Source: Geosiphon pyriformis uo1 (Eukaryota > Fungi > Glomeromycota). Taken from it: a stretch of 64,000 bases of DNA. Of the stretch, positions 12,588 to 24,525 are shown piece by piece. The notes beneath the pieces were generated by a model. The model had not been told where the DNA came from. It ran no database searches and was given only the letters and a program-made list of their open reading frames with translations. The stretch's first letter is position 1; every line of letters begins with the position of its first letter. The DNA lies in assembly GCA_016748015.1 (NCBI GenBank), contig JAAOMT010000657.1, positions 124,001 to 188,000 of the forward strand. Reading direction: 5' to 3'. A program made the translations under genes and the position numbers.

Positions 12588-13620
12588 GTCAAAATTTACT
12601 TATTTCCTCATTGTATGGGTGATTATTCATATCTGCCACAGCAATCAGAAGAACACTTTGCAGTACACAACAGAAATGATCTAGACTTTATTGAACTCAA
12701 TCCCTTGCCCTTCTGCTTGATCTGCTTTCCCCTTGAAGAACAATCTAGTAGACAATTCCAAGACTTTTGAAACTGGTTCCTGAATGAGCATATACAACTT
12801 ATTACTTTAACCAAGCTTATTTTGAAGACAACTTTGAAGAAAGAAATAAAAGCATCAATCAACTTTTATACTCCACAACTTTTACACAACAGCCCTCTGA
12901 TTTCGAATATCTGAATTACCAAATACACATTTGGGTTGTTACTCACCAATCAACTATAACTCCTCTTAAAACAGAAGAAGAAAGTTACCAAACTACTCCT
13001 ATTTTTGATCTCTTTTTAAGTGAATCAGAACATTCCACTCAAACAGTAACCCCTGAACCAATGGCCCAAGACCCCATACAAGTAAACATTCTGGCTGCCC
13101 TCCAAAGCATACAAACTGCTTTGGGGCGAAGAAACAACATCTCATTACCCCTATTCAGAGGTAATGCCCAAGATCCAATTGAATAATTGGATAATTTTGA
13201 AAGAGCAGCCACTGTAAACCAGTATGATGATGAATACAAGTTCCAAATTATTGGTGGCTACCTTCAAGGCTCCCCTGTTACCTGGTTTTCACAAGAAACC
13301 AATGCTGGTGCTCAACAAAAAATTGTTAGATGGACTCCAGCAAATATTGGAGAAAACAATACCTCTTTCACTACCTGGTTTGAAAACAAATTCAGAACCC
13401 CCATCTTAATATCCAAATGGCATATGAAATTAGAAAAAAGAACCCAAGGTTCTGGTAAAGTTGTGACCAAATATGCCAAAGCAATCAGAAAACTCATCAA
13501 GTGTGTAGACTCTGGTAGAAATTGGACTGAAAAGCAAAAGATCCACTCCTTCACAAAAGGATTGAGAACTAATTTATCATATGCTCTTTGGCCTTTCTTG
13601 GCTTTAGAAAATAATCCCAC

Positions 13621-14286
13621 TGTTACGGGTTGAAGTAACAAGCTAACAAATAGCAAGAGAGAACAGTATTGTATGGTGATGGAAATAAACAAAGAGAGAA
13701 TTACAAAAAGGGAGTGAATTGAATGGGTAAGGATTCAATATGTGTGATCAGTCTCATAAAAATCACAGTCACTAATTTTTTCTTAAATCTGAAGGTAGAG
13801 GAATTGTCCATGATTGTCAACAAGATAACACCGCTGCTATTATTCTATGCCTCAACTCGGCAATTTTTAGAATCAATAACAAGTATTGTTGTACATTTCA
13901 ATCATTTCTTTATTCAATGAATTACAAGAGCAAGTAATCACTTCTCAGGCTAATTCTAACAAATACAAATCAAGAAGGGAAAAAGATAAGGTATGTGGAT
14001 GCCAACAAGTAGATACTTGAAGGTAAGGAAAAGGGAATAAGCGATTATGAGAGGAAGTAATTGATATTGTTTATTTCATTACTTTTGATCATATCTTTCT
14101 ATGGCTAAGGGAATCATCGCTTATATAGCTATCTAAAGTGGTCACTGATCAGGTCAATGATCAGATCAACAGTCAAGTCATTGATCAGGTCAATGATCAC
14201 TATCTAAAAATAGGGTGGCTAATTATATGACATTAATGGCTAATACATGTGATAACTAATAAAAACTATGGGTTTCAATCGTAACA
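13621..14286 (-). repeat. Solo LTR of a Gy1-related subfamily, inverted, inserted in the gag of copy B
   Basis: TGTTACGGG..GTAACA ends; TSD CCAC at 13617-13620 and 14287-14290; removal restores gag NNPT|MNMAIE. Confidence 0.93.
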
Positions 14287-17200
14287 CCACCATGAATATG
14301 GCCATTGAACTCGCCCAAAGAATTGAAGACAATCAAAGAATGCATTTGGGATCCACACTTCCAGTTTTTGCTCCTGCTCCTGTTATGGCTCCTATTCCTC
14401 AAATGGCTGCTACTTTTTTTGCTGCCCAGACACAAGATCCAAATGAACAATTAATAGATAGACTTACAGCAAATTTTGCTTGGCTATTAGAACCATTAGC
14501 TCAAGCAGTCAGAGATAACTAGCAACCACAAAGACCCAGATTTAAAAACCGTTTTAATTAGCCTCAGCAACCCCCTTACCAAAGACAGCAAAATTGTGGC
14601 CCTCCTGTGTGTTATAGATGTGAATTAACTGAACATTTCTCAAGAGATTGCAACAATCTTCCTTTGCTTCCTCCAGTTCCTAAAAACAATAACAACCAGA
14701 ACAACAGAATCAATAACAACAATGCCCCCAATTAAAAACCCAATCATGCCAACATCAATTTCTTTGGAAAGGATCCCCTAGTTGAAGCCACTGTTTATCA
14801 ACTTTTAAACTGGTAGGCACACCTTCAAAGGATGAGAGTACAAGCCAACCAGAAAAAAACCCCTTTTACGCTTTTAACTTAACTGATGATGACCATGACA
14901 TGGATAAACTAGCAATCCACACCTCAGAACCAACCAGAAAGAAGAAGAAAGCCAAGGTTGATTTCATTCTAGACCCCAACAAAGCCTCAACTTCTGCTGC
15001 TGATAACAATAAGCCACCAAAGACTAAAGTTTTTAAGAATCCTCCAAAGCTAGAACCCCCAGAAATAGTACAAAAATCTGGTCCTTATTCTGTTGTTAAA
15101 GATCTCATAGAAACTCCTGCACACATTACCTTTGGCCAACTAATGACCCATCTACAATTCAGAAAAGATCTCTGCAAATCTCTAATTCCCAAGAAAAAAA
15201 CACCAAAAACCAATAAACACTTTTGCCAAACTGAACTTGCTGACAACAGCAATGTCATCTCATTAATTTGCAAAGCCCAAGTGGCTGGCTATTTTATTGA
15301 CTTGATCCTGAACAGTAAATCATCTATTAGCATTATTGCCAAACACTTTTTGGAAGCAATTGGGAGAAAAATTGATGAACCTTCTACCCAACCAATAACC
15401 AATATACATGGTGACAAGAAAAAAGGCCTGGGCATAGCCAAAGCTGTTCCTGTTCATATCAATGGCATCAGCATTGAAACTGATATGGAAGTTTCTGAAG
15501 TCAAAAAATACACTATTATTGTTGGAAATAAATGGCTCAAGAAAGCCAAAGCATTACTTGACTATGAACTTTGTGAGCTAATAATCAGATATGGTAAGAA
15601 GCCCATTGTGGTTAAGTGTTACCACTGGACAACCCCTCCAACACCAAAACAGAATCAGGAAGAAGAACAATTAGAGGAATTAGATGATGAAGAAAGTAAT
15701 GATGAAAAAGAACAAGAAGAACAAGAAGAAACTGCTGAACTTGTCTATACCATCTTCACCAGCAATAACAAGCCATTGGACAATATTAAAGCTGACAGAA
15801 AAGGAATCATTGTAAATGGCAAGCTGATCTGCTGGCCCTACTATGATATTCTAAGAAGAACTTTTGACAAGAAGCTTAGCAAGAAAGCCAAGTACTATTA
15901 TTGGTGGCATGGTCCTTGTGCCTGGTGTTAGTGCAATCAACCCTTGTATTCTCCAAGTGATGAATGCAAATCATGCTTGATCTATTACAAAGATTGGGAA
16001 CCAATCAGTTTAATACCTAGAGAAAAATTGAAAAAAATCCAAAAGTCTTTTGAAAATGAACCACCTTAGATCCAATTACTAGTTATAGAACAAAGAAAAC
16101 TCTCTCCAGAAGAAAGAAAAATAGACATTGAAAATCTGCTGGCTAAAAACAGCCCAGTTATCTCAAAAGAAGATGATACCCCTGGATGAACTCATGTAAT
16201 ACAACACACCATTACTACCAGAGAAACTTGCCCCATCTATTTGAAGCCATATCAATCCAATTGGCGCAATAATGAGTTCATCAAAAAAGAGATAAACTGG
16301 ATGAAAAAACTTGGATTCATACAAGAAACCAAGAGTAAATGGGCTTTTTCAGTTATAGTGGTATTCAAGAAAGATGGAACCCTACACTTCTGTGTTGATT
16401 ACCACCAATTAAATGCCATTATTGAAAGAGACATGTACCCACTTCCCAAGATTGATACAATGCTGGACCAATTCAAAGATGCTGTTTTCTTTTCAACTAT
16501 TGATCTAACTGCTGGATTTTGGCAAGTAGAGATGGATCCAGAAAGCTGGAAGAAAACTGTCTTTATCACCAAGTATGGCACCTATGAATTCACAGTTATG
16601 TCTTTTGGTCTTACCAATGCTCCTCCCACCTTTCAACACTTAATGGATAAAGTATTTGAATCAGTGAAAGAAAACTTTGTTTTGGTCTATCTGGACGATA
16701 TAATAGTGTACTCAAAAACCTGGAATGAACATCTTGTACATTTGCAAAAGGTTTTTGATCTTCTCAGAAATGCAGGTCTCAAGATCAACCCAATCAAATC
16801 TTTTTTTGAAAGACAATCCACCCAATTTTTTGGTCATCTTATCACAAAAGATAGAATTTTTCCTGACCCAGCTAAGGTTGAAAAAGTTCAGAACATTAGA
16901 CAACCAATGAATGTTCATAAACTATGCTCTTTCCTTGGTTTGACTTCCTATTATTGCAAATTTGTCAAGAATTTCTCCGAAATAGCTGCTCTACTTAATC
17001 AGCTACTCAGGAAAAACATCAACTACTATTGGGGCACACACCAACAAAAAGCTTTTGAAACTTTAAAGGAAAAACTAGTCACTGAACCAATTCTGAAGCA
17101 ACCTAATCTAGATCAACCTTTCATTCTTCACACTAATGCATCTGGCTATAGACTTAAAGCTGTTCTATCCCAGAAAAATGAAGATGGCAAAGAATATGTC

Positions 17201-20200
17201 ATAGCATATGCCAGTAAAACTCTCTTATCAGTAGAGCAGAACTACTCAGTGACTGAACAAGAATGCCTGGCAGCAGTATGGACTACTAGTTATTGGAACA
17301 AATATCTTCTTGGTGCCAAATTCCTGGTAGTAACAGATCACCAAGCTTTGGTTTGGTTATGCAACAAAAAGAAGCTGGAACATAAAAAAATAACTTGCTA
17401 GATACTCCACTTGGATGAATTCGACTATGATATTCAACATTGCAAAGAAGCAAATCATCAAAATGCTGACACTCTTTCTAGACTTACCATCCAGTGACAG
17501 TACAACTACCTCAAACCAAATCAATCTAATTATTAGTAATTCTCTCACAACCAAACACGATAATGGACTTGGACAACTATTCTGCCTTAATAGAATTTTT
17601 GGATAAAGGACAATACCCACTGGAATACAATCGACAGCAAAAAGAACATTTGCACAAACAATCAAAATTCTATTTGATCCGCCAGAACTAACTATACAAA
17701 AGAAACAGAAAAGATTCTGACTGCCCTCAAAGAGTCATAAGATTTAAAGAAAGAGAAATTGTGATCTACAATATGCACACTAATCCATTAGCTAAACACT
17801 TTGAAAAAACAAAAACAATTCAGAAAATCTTAGCTTGCTATTATTGGCCTATCTTGGAAAAAGATATTGCTGAATACATTAAAACCTGCAATATCTGCCA
17901 AAGAAGAAGAAAACCCAATTGCAAAGAAGATATCCATCCAATCTCTGTTGGTCAACTATTTAACAGAATTGGTATAGATGTTGTTAGACCTTTAACAGTA
18001 ACTCCTAATGGCAACAGATACATCATTACAGCTACCAACTATCTTACAAAGTGGGTAGAAGCAAGAGCCACCCCAGATCAAACAGCAGTTTTAATAGCCA
18101 ATTTCATTTATAAAGATATCATTTGTCACCATGGCTGCTCCAAAGAACTATTATCTGATAGAGGAAGAGCTTTTCTTAGTACACTGGTTGAAGAACTTTG
18201 TAGAAAAATGGGAATATGTCACAAACTTTCTTCCCTTTATTACCCCCAAACAAATGGCCTAGTAGAACATTTCAATAGAACACTGTGTAAAACCCTAACC
18301 AAAACAAATGAAGAAACAAACTTATGGGACAAAGTACTGCTTTCAGCTTTGTTTGCTTATAGAACTGTGAATCATGACATAACAAGTTATGAATCTTTTT
18401 ATCTGCTCTATGGACAAATGGCAACACTACCAATAGAAACTGATATTGAGACAATACCCTTTGAAAAGATCACAATAGAGAATTACAAAGACATTTTGCA
18501 AAGAAAACTTGGTACCATTCTTGACTCACTTGTAGAAGCATAAATAATTGCCTTTGAAAAGATAAAACAGTTCCAAGAAAAGCTTAAAAAGAAGAAAACT
18601 TATAAAACACTTTCTTTAAGTATTAGTAACTTAGTTTTGAAATACTGCTTAGACAAAGACAATGTCTATGGTGATAAATTCTCTAGCCAGTGGAAAGGTC
18701 TCTTTATAGTCAACAAAGTTTTGAACAATAATTCTTATATTCTTCAAGATCAATTTGGAACAATTTTTAATGATCATCTTGTTCATAACATGCAATTCAA
18801 GAAATATCACAAATGACCTGATTGGTTACCAGTTGTGGTAATACCGACCCAAATAATCAGCAAAAACCAAGTATAAATAAATGCACCATTCCCAAAACAG
18901 AAGTATCTTCAATCAACATAAACAATTATTTTCTGGATCAAAACATTCAAAACACTTTCTATACTCTTCATGAGTATTGAATTAAAAACTACTCTGACCA
19001 TTGGAAAACAAACTACAATAACTGACAATAGTGGAACACATACTGTTATCAAACCAAAAAAAACAACTACCAGAAGAGAAAGAATTGGTAGCAAAATGGA
19101 TAAGTATCTGTTGGAAAGCATAACAGCAGCAATATTTGTATCTTCCACCACAATTGTAAAAACGATTAAAGAAATCTTACCCATTGACAAAAACTTGTCA
19201 TATGAAAGACAACTAAAGGTCTATGGTCGCCTTAGTGAAATCATAGAAGACATAAAGCTCATGAAGAAAACAACTTCTGAAATACAAGTGGAAATTTTGG
19301 GCATTATATGGTTGGATGTCTCAAGAGTTTTGACCATTGCCAGAAGAGCCAAAACTTTTATACAAAGATTTGGTTTCTTGAATACAAAGCTCATTTTGCC
19401 TCAAGTACTATACATTTTATCCACAAAAAACTTTAACAAACTAGTTAGTTTTGAGTTAGATAAAACTCTTCAATTAAAATATCTCATAAATAGTTTGATT
19501 TCACTGGAGCTCAATCTCTTTGGAGAGGATGATGTTATGGTTGAAACTCATAGTTTTTATTAGTTATCACATGTATTAGCCACTAATATTATATAATTAG
19601 CCAATCTATTTTTAGATAGTAATCATTGATCTGACTGTTGACCTGATCATTAACCTGATTATTGATCTGATCAATGACCTGACCATTGACTTGATCATTG
19701 ACCTGATCATTGACCTGGTTGTTAACTACTTTTCATAGCTATATAAGCAATGAGTGTTTTAGCTGTAGAAAAGTATGTTCCCAACAATCAAAGAAATATA
19801 ATAAAACAACTTTCATCTCAAACATTTTCTTATTGTTAATTTTCCTTTTTCTACCTTCAAGTATCTAAACATCTTTTGGATAAAAGATCTTTTGTTGGTG
19901 TTTATCTGCCTTTTCCTGAAACAATTAAACAAAGTATTTGAAGATTATTGAATAAAACATGACTGAAGAGCACATCTGATACTTGATATTGAATTCTAAA
20001 AGCACCAATGTGAGACATAGAATTATACCAAGTGTGATCATTTGTTGACAGTACAGACTATCCCTCTATCTTCAAATTCCCCGGTTACCTTTGAAAAGTA
20101 TAGTGACTGAAATATTTTATGAAACTGATCTCACACATTAAATTCATACTTATTCAATTTGCTCTTTGAAGTTGAATTCTTCTTTGATTATTTCTATTAC

Positions 20201-22046
20201 CCTACAATCCTGTTCTCCTTTGCTATCCGTTAGCTTGTTACTCCAACTTGTAATAGTATTCCCTTCTTTTTTCTTATGCAGGATTGGACATTTTGAGACC
20301 AAATGTCCTACCTGATAACAGAAGTGACACTTTTTAGCATCAGTAAGCACCCAATAGACCAGTGTGTTACCAATTACCAAGGACTTTTTAGTAGTATTGT
20401 TGCGGTTAGCTTCACTGTCAAATCTTACGTAAGCGCAGTCCATTTTTGTGTAATTTTTACTAGTTCTTGGGATGAAGCAAGATCAGGCTCTGATTTGATC
20501 CAAAGTAGTGCTCAAATAGTAAACAGTACAGTTCTGTGGTAGGTTTACCAATTTAGCTTCCCAGGTTTTTTTCTGCTCAATAATCTTTTGGGTTCCAATT
20601 ATTGGGTAAATTCTAACTGCATTTTTTCTGACTATGGTTGACCATTGATCTACAGTTCTTGTTGCTTTTTTTTGGTTGTTATATTCAACTACAGCTGATT
20701 GCCATTTGCCAGCCACTCTGATTTGGATTTTTTTGACCTTACCAAATTCTTTCATAGCAGCCCCCACCTCTCTGTTAGAAATGCCCAAGGGGATATTTCT
20801 TACCAGAACTTTTTTTTAATTCAATTTCATTATTTGCCAGAATTTTTCTGGCTTGATCTCTTCCAGCCACTTGAGAAAAATCCACTCTAATTTCTTGGTT
20901 TCTAGCCATTACAGCCTCCAAAAGGTACCTGACATCTCCCAAGAGATTATAGATCCACCCTACTTTCTTTTCCATGATTTTTTCAGATATATCTAATGCT
21001 TATACAAAAAGTACATATCTTTTGGTCTCATGAACCACCGTTCTCTATCTTTTCTTCTGGTTTGCTTTCATAAGCATGGGTTTTTTGCCAAGTAATCTAC
21101 TACTGTATTGTCCTGAATTTGGACTAGCCATTCTGCTTGATAGACTTGATTCAGAGTCTTCTATGTCTTTTGTGATATTATCTGCATTAGGCTTATCTCT
21201 GTTTGTATCAAATGGATTGTCCATTTGTTTTTCATTCTCTAATGCAGACTTTCCTCTGTTGATTCTGTCCAAAATATCAGGATTGCACTTTTTCAGAGCT
21301 GCTTCTATTTGTGCAGCTCTGTCTCTGTCTTCTTTAGGCGCTTTGAATGGTCCATTTATTTTTCTCAGAGACTTTGAGGCTTCTTTTTCATCAGTCCAAG
21401 CTTTCATTTGAAATTTGTTACTATTTCCTCCTTTGTTGAACATTGGCTACAAGACAAAGTTATCAGTTCAAACAGATGTGGTTTTAGATAAGTCTTCTTC
21501 AGATATTTGGATGAATTTCTCAATTAGCCCTTTTATGTTTAATTTTCCAATGTGTCTGTATTTTTTGTTGGTCTTTTCTTCTAATCTGTTAGCTGTTATT
21601 GGAGAAAAGTCTGCTGTTCTCTTATGTAGAACTGTTTTTTTCAATGTGTTGGCTATTCTAAAAAGTGTATCATCTCTACTACTTGTGTTTACACTTCTAA
21701 ATGGCCTATTAGTAGTTTCAAATTTAAATGGAAATGTAATAGGTTTGGCTGTTTCTACAGTTGATAAATTTCGTAAATTAGTATTGATGTCTTCTCCTTC
21801 AGCAGTGGAAGTAATATTTCTTTCCACTTGGTATTTACTATCAATAGTCTCTACACTTGTACTTCTTTGTGTGACTGTTGTCACTTCACTGTTGACATTG
21901 TTATCAGACACTTTTAAGTCTGTTGTGATAGTAATAATAATATATTTTAGTTAAAGGTTTCTTTGCAAAAACTTATTTTTCAAATTTGAGGCATAGTAAA
22001 TTGTGTGGTAGCAGTCAAAGAGAGAAAAAAAGTTTTTTTATAATTT

Positions 22047-22448
22047 CAAATCAAGGCTTGATGATCTGTTACCACTAAGAATTTTACACCAAGAAGATAT
22101 TGATCCCAGTAACTAGTAGCCCAAACTACTGTTAAACATTCTTGTTCAGTTATTGAATACTTCTTTTCTGCTGATGTGAAAGATCTACTGGCATATGTTA
22201 TAGCATGTTCCTTGCTATCTTTATTATTTTGTGAGAGAACAGCACCAAATCTATAGCCAAATGTATCAGTATAGAGAATAAAAGTTGGTTCAGATCAGGT
22301 TGCTTAAGGATTGGTTTAGTAACAAGTTTTTTCTTTAGAATTTCAAAAGCTTTTTGTTGATAAGTGCTCTAGTGGTAATTGACATTTTTTTTGAGTAGCT
22401 GATTGAGAGAAAAGATGATTTTGAAGAAATTTTTAATAAATTTGCAAG
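22047..22448 (-). pseudogene. Gy1 RT-end/RNase H fragment, minus strand (continuation of 3090-3750)
   Basis: Reverse complement reads ..PTFILYTDTFGYRFGAVL..YLLGVKFLVVTDH. Confidence 0.85.
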
Positions 22449-24525
22449 TGTTATGGTTGAAATCCATACTTTTTATTAGTTATTACATGTATTAGCCACT
22501 GATATTATATAATTAGTCACCCTATTTTTAGATAATAATCATTGACCTGATCAATGACCTAACTGTTGACCTGATCATTGACCTAGTTGTTGACCTGATC
22601 ATTGACCACTTTTGATAGTTATATAAGTAATGAATCTTTTAGCTGTAGAAAAGCATGTAAGAATCAAAGAAAGAAAAGAAATAAAATAACAACTTTCATT
22701 TCAATTTTTCTCTTATTGCTAATTTTTTTTTCCTTACCTTTAAGTATCTGAACATCTTGGGATAAAAAATTACTTGTTGGCATTTACTTACTCTTTTCCT
22801 AACTTATATAGTTGTAGCTTTTAAAGATTATTAAATAAAATGTAACTGAAGAGTACATCTGATACCTGATATTGAATTTTAAGAGCACCAATATGAGGCA
22901 TAGAATTATATCAGTGTGTGATTATTTGTTGACAGTATGAACTATCCCTCTACCTTCAGATTCTCTGGTTATTTTTTGAAAAGTATAGTGATTGAGATAT
23001 TTTATAAGACTAATCTTACACATTGAATCCATACTCATTTAATTTGTTCTTTAAAGTTGAATTTTCTTTGATTCCTTTTATTACACTACAATCTTGTTCT
23101 CCTTTGCTATTCATTAGCTTATTACTCTAATCTGTAACATAAAAGTGGTGCTTTCTGTGAGGTTGTCAAAATCCACTTTGTTTCCTATTGTATGGGTGAT
23201 TATTTATATCTGCCACAACAATCAGAAGAACACTTTAAAGCACACAACAAAAATAATCTAGACTTTATTGAACTTAATATTTTGCCTTTCTGCTTGATTT
23301 GCTTCCCCATTAAAGAACAATTCAATAGACAATTCCAAAACTTTTGGAACTGGTTCCTGAATGAGCATTCAGCTGAAACTTACACAGATTATACAACCTA
23401 TTACTTTGATCAAGCTTATTTTGAAGACAACTTTGAAGAAAGAAACAACAGTATCAATTAACTCTTATATTCCACAACCTTTATGAATACCTAAATCACC
23501 AAATTCACATTTGGATTGCTGCCCATTAGTTAGCTAAAACATCATTTGAAACAAAAAAAGAAAGCTATTAAACTGCTCCTGTTTTTGATATTTTCTCAAG
23601 TAAATCAGAACACTCTACACAAACAGCTACTCCTGAACTAATGGCTAATAACCTCCTGCAACAAAACATTCTGATCGCCCTTCAAGGCATACAAACTGCT
23701 TTAGGGCAAAAAAATAATATCCCATTACCTTTATTTAGAGGTAATGCACAAGATCCAATTGAATGATTGAATGATTTTGAAAGAGCTACTACAGCCAACC
23801 AATATGATAATGAATACAAGTTTCAAATTGTTGGTGGCTACCTCCAAGGCTCTTTTGCAACTTGGTTCTCACAAGAAACTAATGCTAGTGCTTACCAAAA
23901 AATTATTAAATAGACACCAACAAATGCTGGAGAAGAAAACACCTCTTTTACAACTCAGATTGAAATTAAATTTAAAACTCCTATCTTAATCTCAAAATAG
24001 CATATGGAATTAAAAAAAAGAACTCAAGACCCTGGTAAAGTTGTGACTGAATATGCCAAAGCCATTAGAAAACTAATTAAATAAGTAGACTCTGAAAAAA
24101 ACTGAACAAAAAAACAGAAAATTTACTCCTTTACAAAAGAATTAAGAACTGATCTCTCATATGCTCTTTGAACCCTTTTGGCCCTGAAAGACAATCTTAC
24201 AATGAACATGGCCATTGAACTTGCCCAATGAATTGAAGACAACCAAAGAATATACTTGGAATTCACATTACCAGTTTTTGCTCTTGCTTCTGTTATAACT
24301 CCTGCTCCTTAAATGGCTGCTATTTCTTTTACTACTCAAACTCCAGATCTTAATAAATAATTGATAGATAAACTTACAGCCAATCTTGCCTGGTTATTAA
24401 AATCCTTAGCCCTAGCAGTTAGAAAAAATTAACAACCCCAAAAACACAGATTTGAACCCTGTTTTAATCAGCCCCAGCAATTCCCTTATCAAAGACAACA
24501 AAATTGTGGTCCACCTGTGTGTTAT
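22449..24525 (+). mobile_element. Gy1 copy C: 5' LTR (22449-23139), PBS and gag, truncated at the zinc knuckle by the Gy2 insertion
   Basis: LTR ends TGTAACA; PBS at 23146; gag ATG 23192 (MGDYLYLPQQSEEH..); breaks at GPPVCY. Confidence 0.9.

Larger units (their letters stand above)
11829..20255 (+). mobile_element. Gy1 copy B, full-length (LTRs 11829-12562 and 19533-20255), defective
   Basis: 4-bp TSD GTAT at 11825-11828 and 20256-20259; PBS 12569-12587; gag from ATG 12615 with CYRCELTEHFSRDC; RT YLDD (ORF 16241-17401); integrase (ORF 17761-18543); ORF3; PPT 19522-19532. Confidence 0.96.
11248..21990 (-). pseudogene. LINE-A ORF1 (RRM-like domains + CCHC zinc knuckle + coiled coil), split by Gy1 copy B (parts 11248-11828 and 20260-~21990)
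   Basis: FGKVKKIQIRVAGKWQSAVVEY, AKLVNLP, CHFCYQVGHLVSKC; removing copy B and one GTAT restores KKEGNT|KKVTNNIRLAKLY; 5' start approximate. Confidence 0.85.
3751..22046 (-). mobile_element. Full-length LINE (LINE-A), ~7.4 kb net, interrupted by H1 (4754-~7195) and Gy1 copy B (11829-20255)
   Basis: 14-bp TSD CAAATCAAGGCTTG at 3737-3750 and 22047-22060; poly(A) (T12 on +) at 3751-3762; ORF1 and ORF2 remnants in the correct order. Confidence 0.93.
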
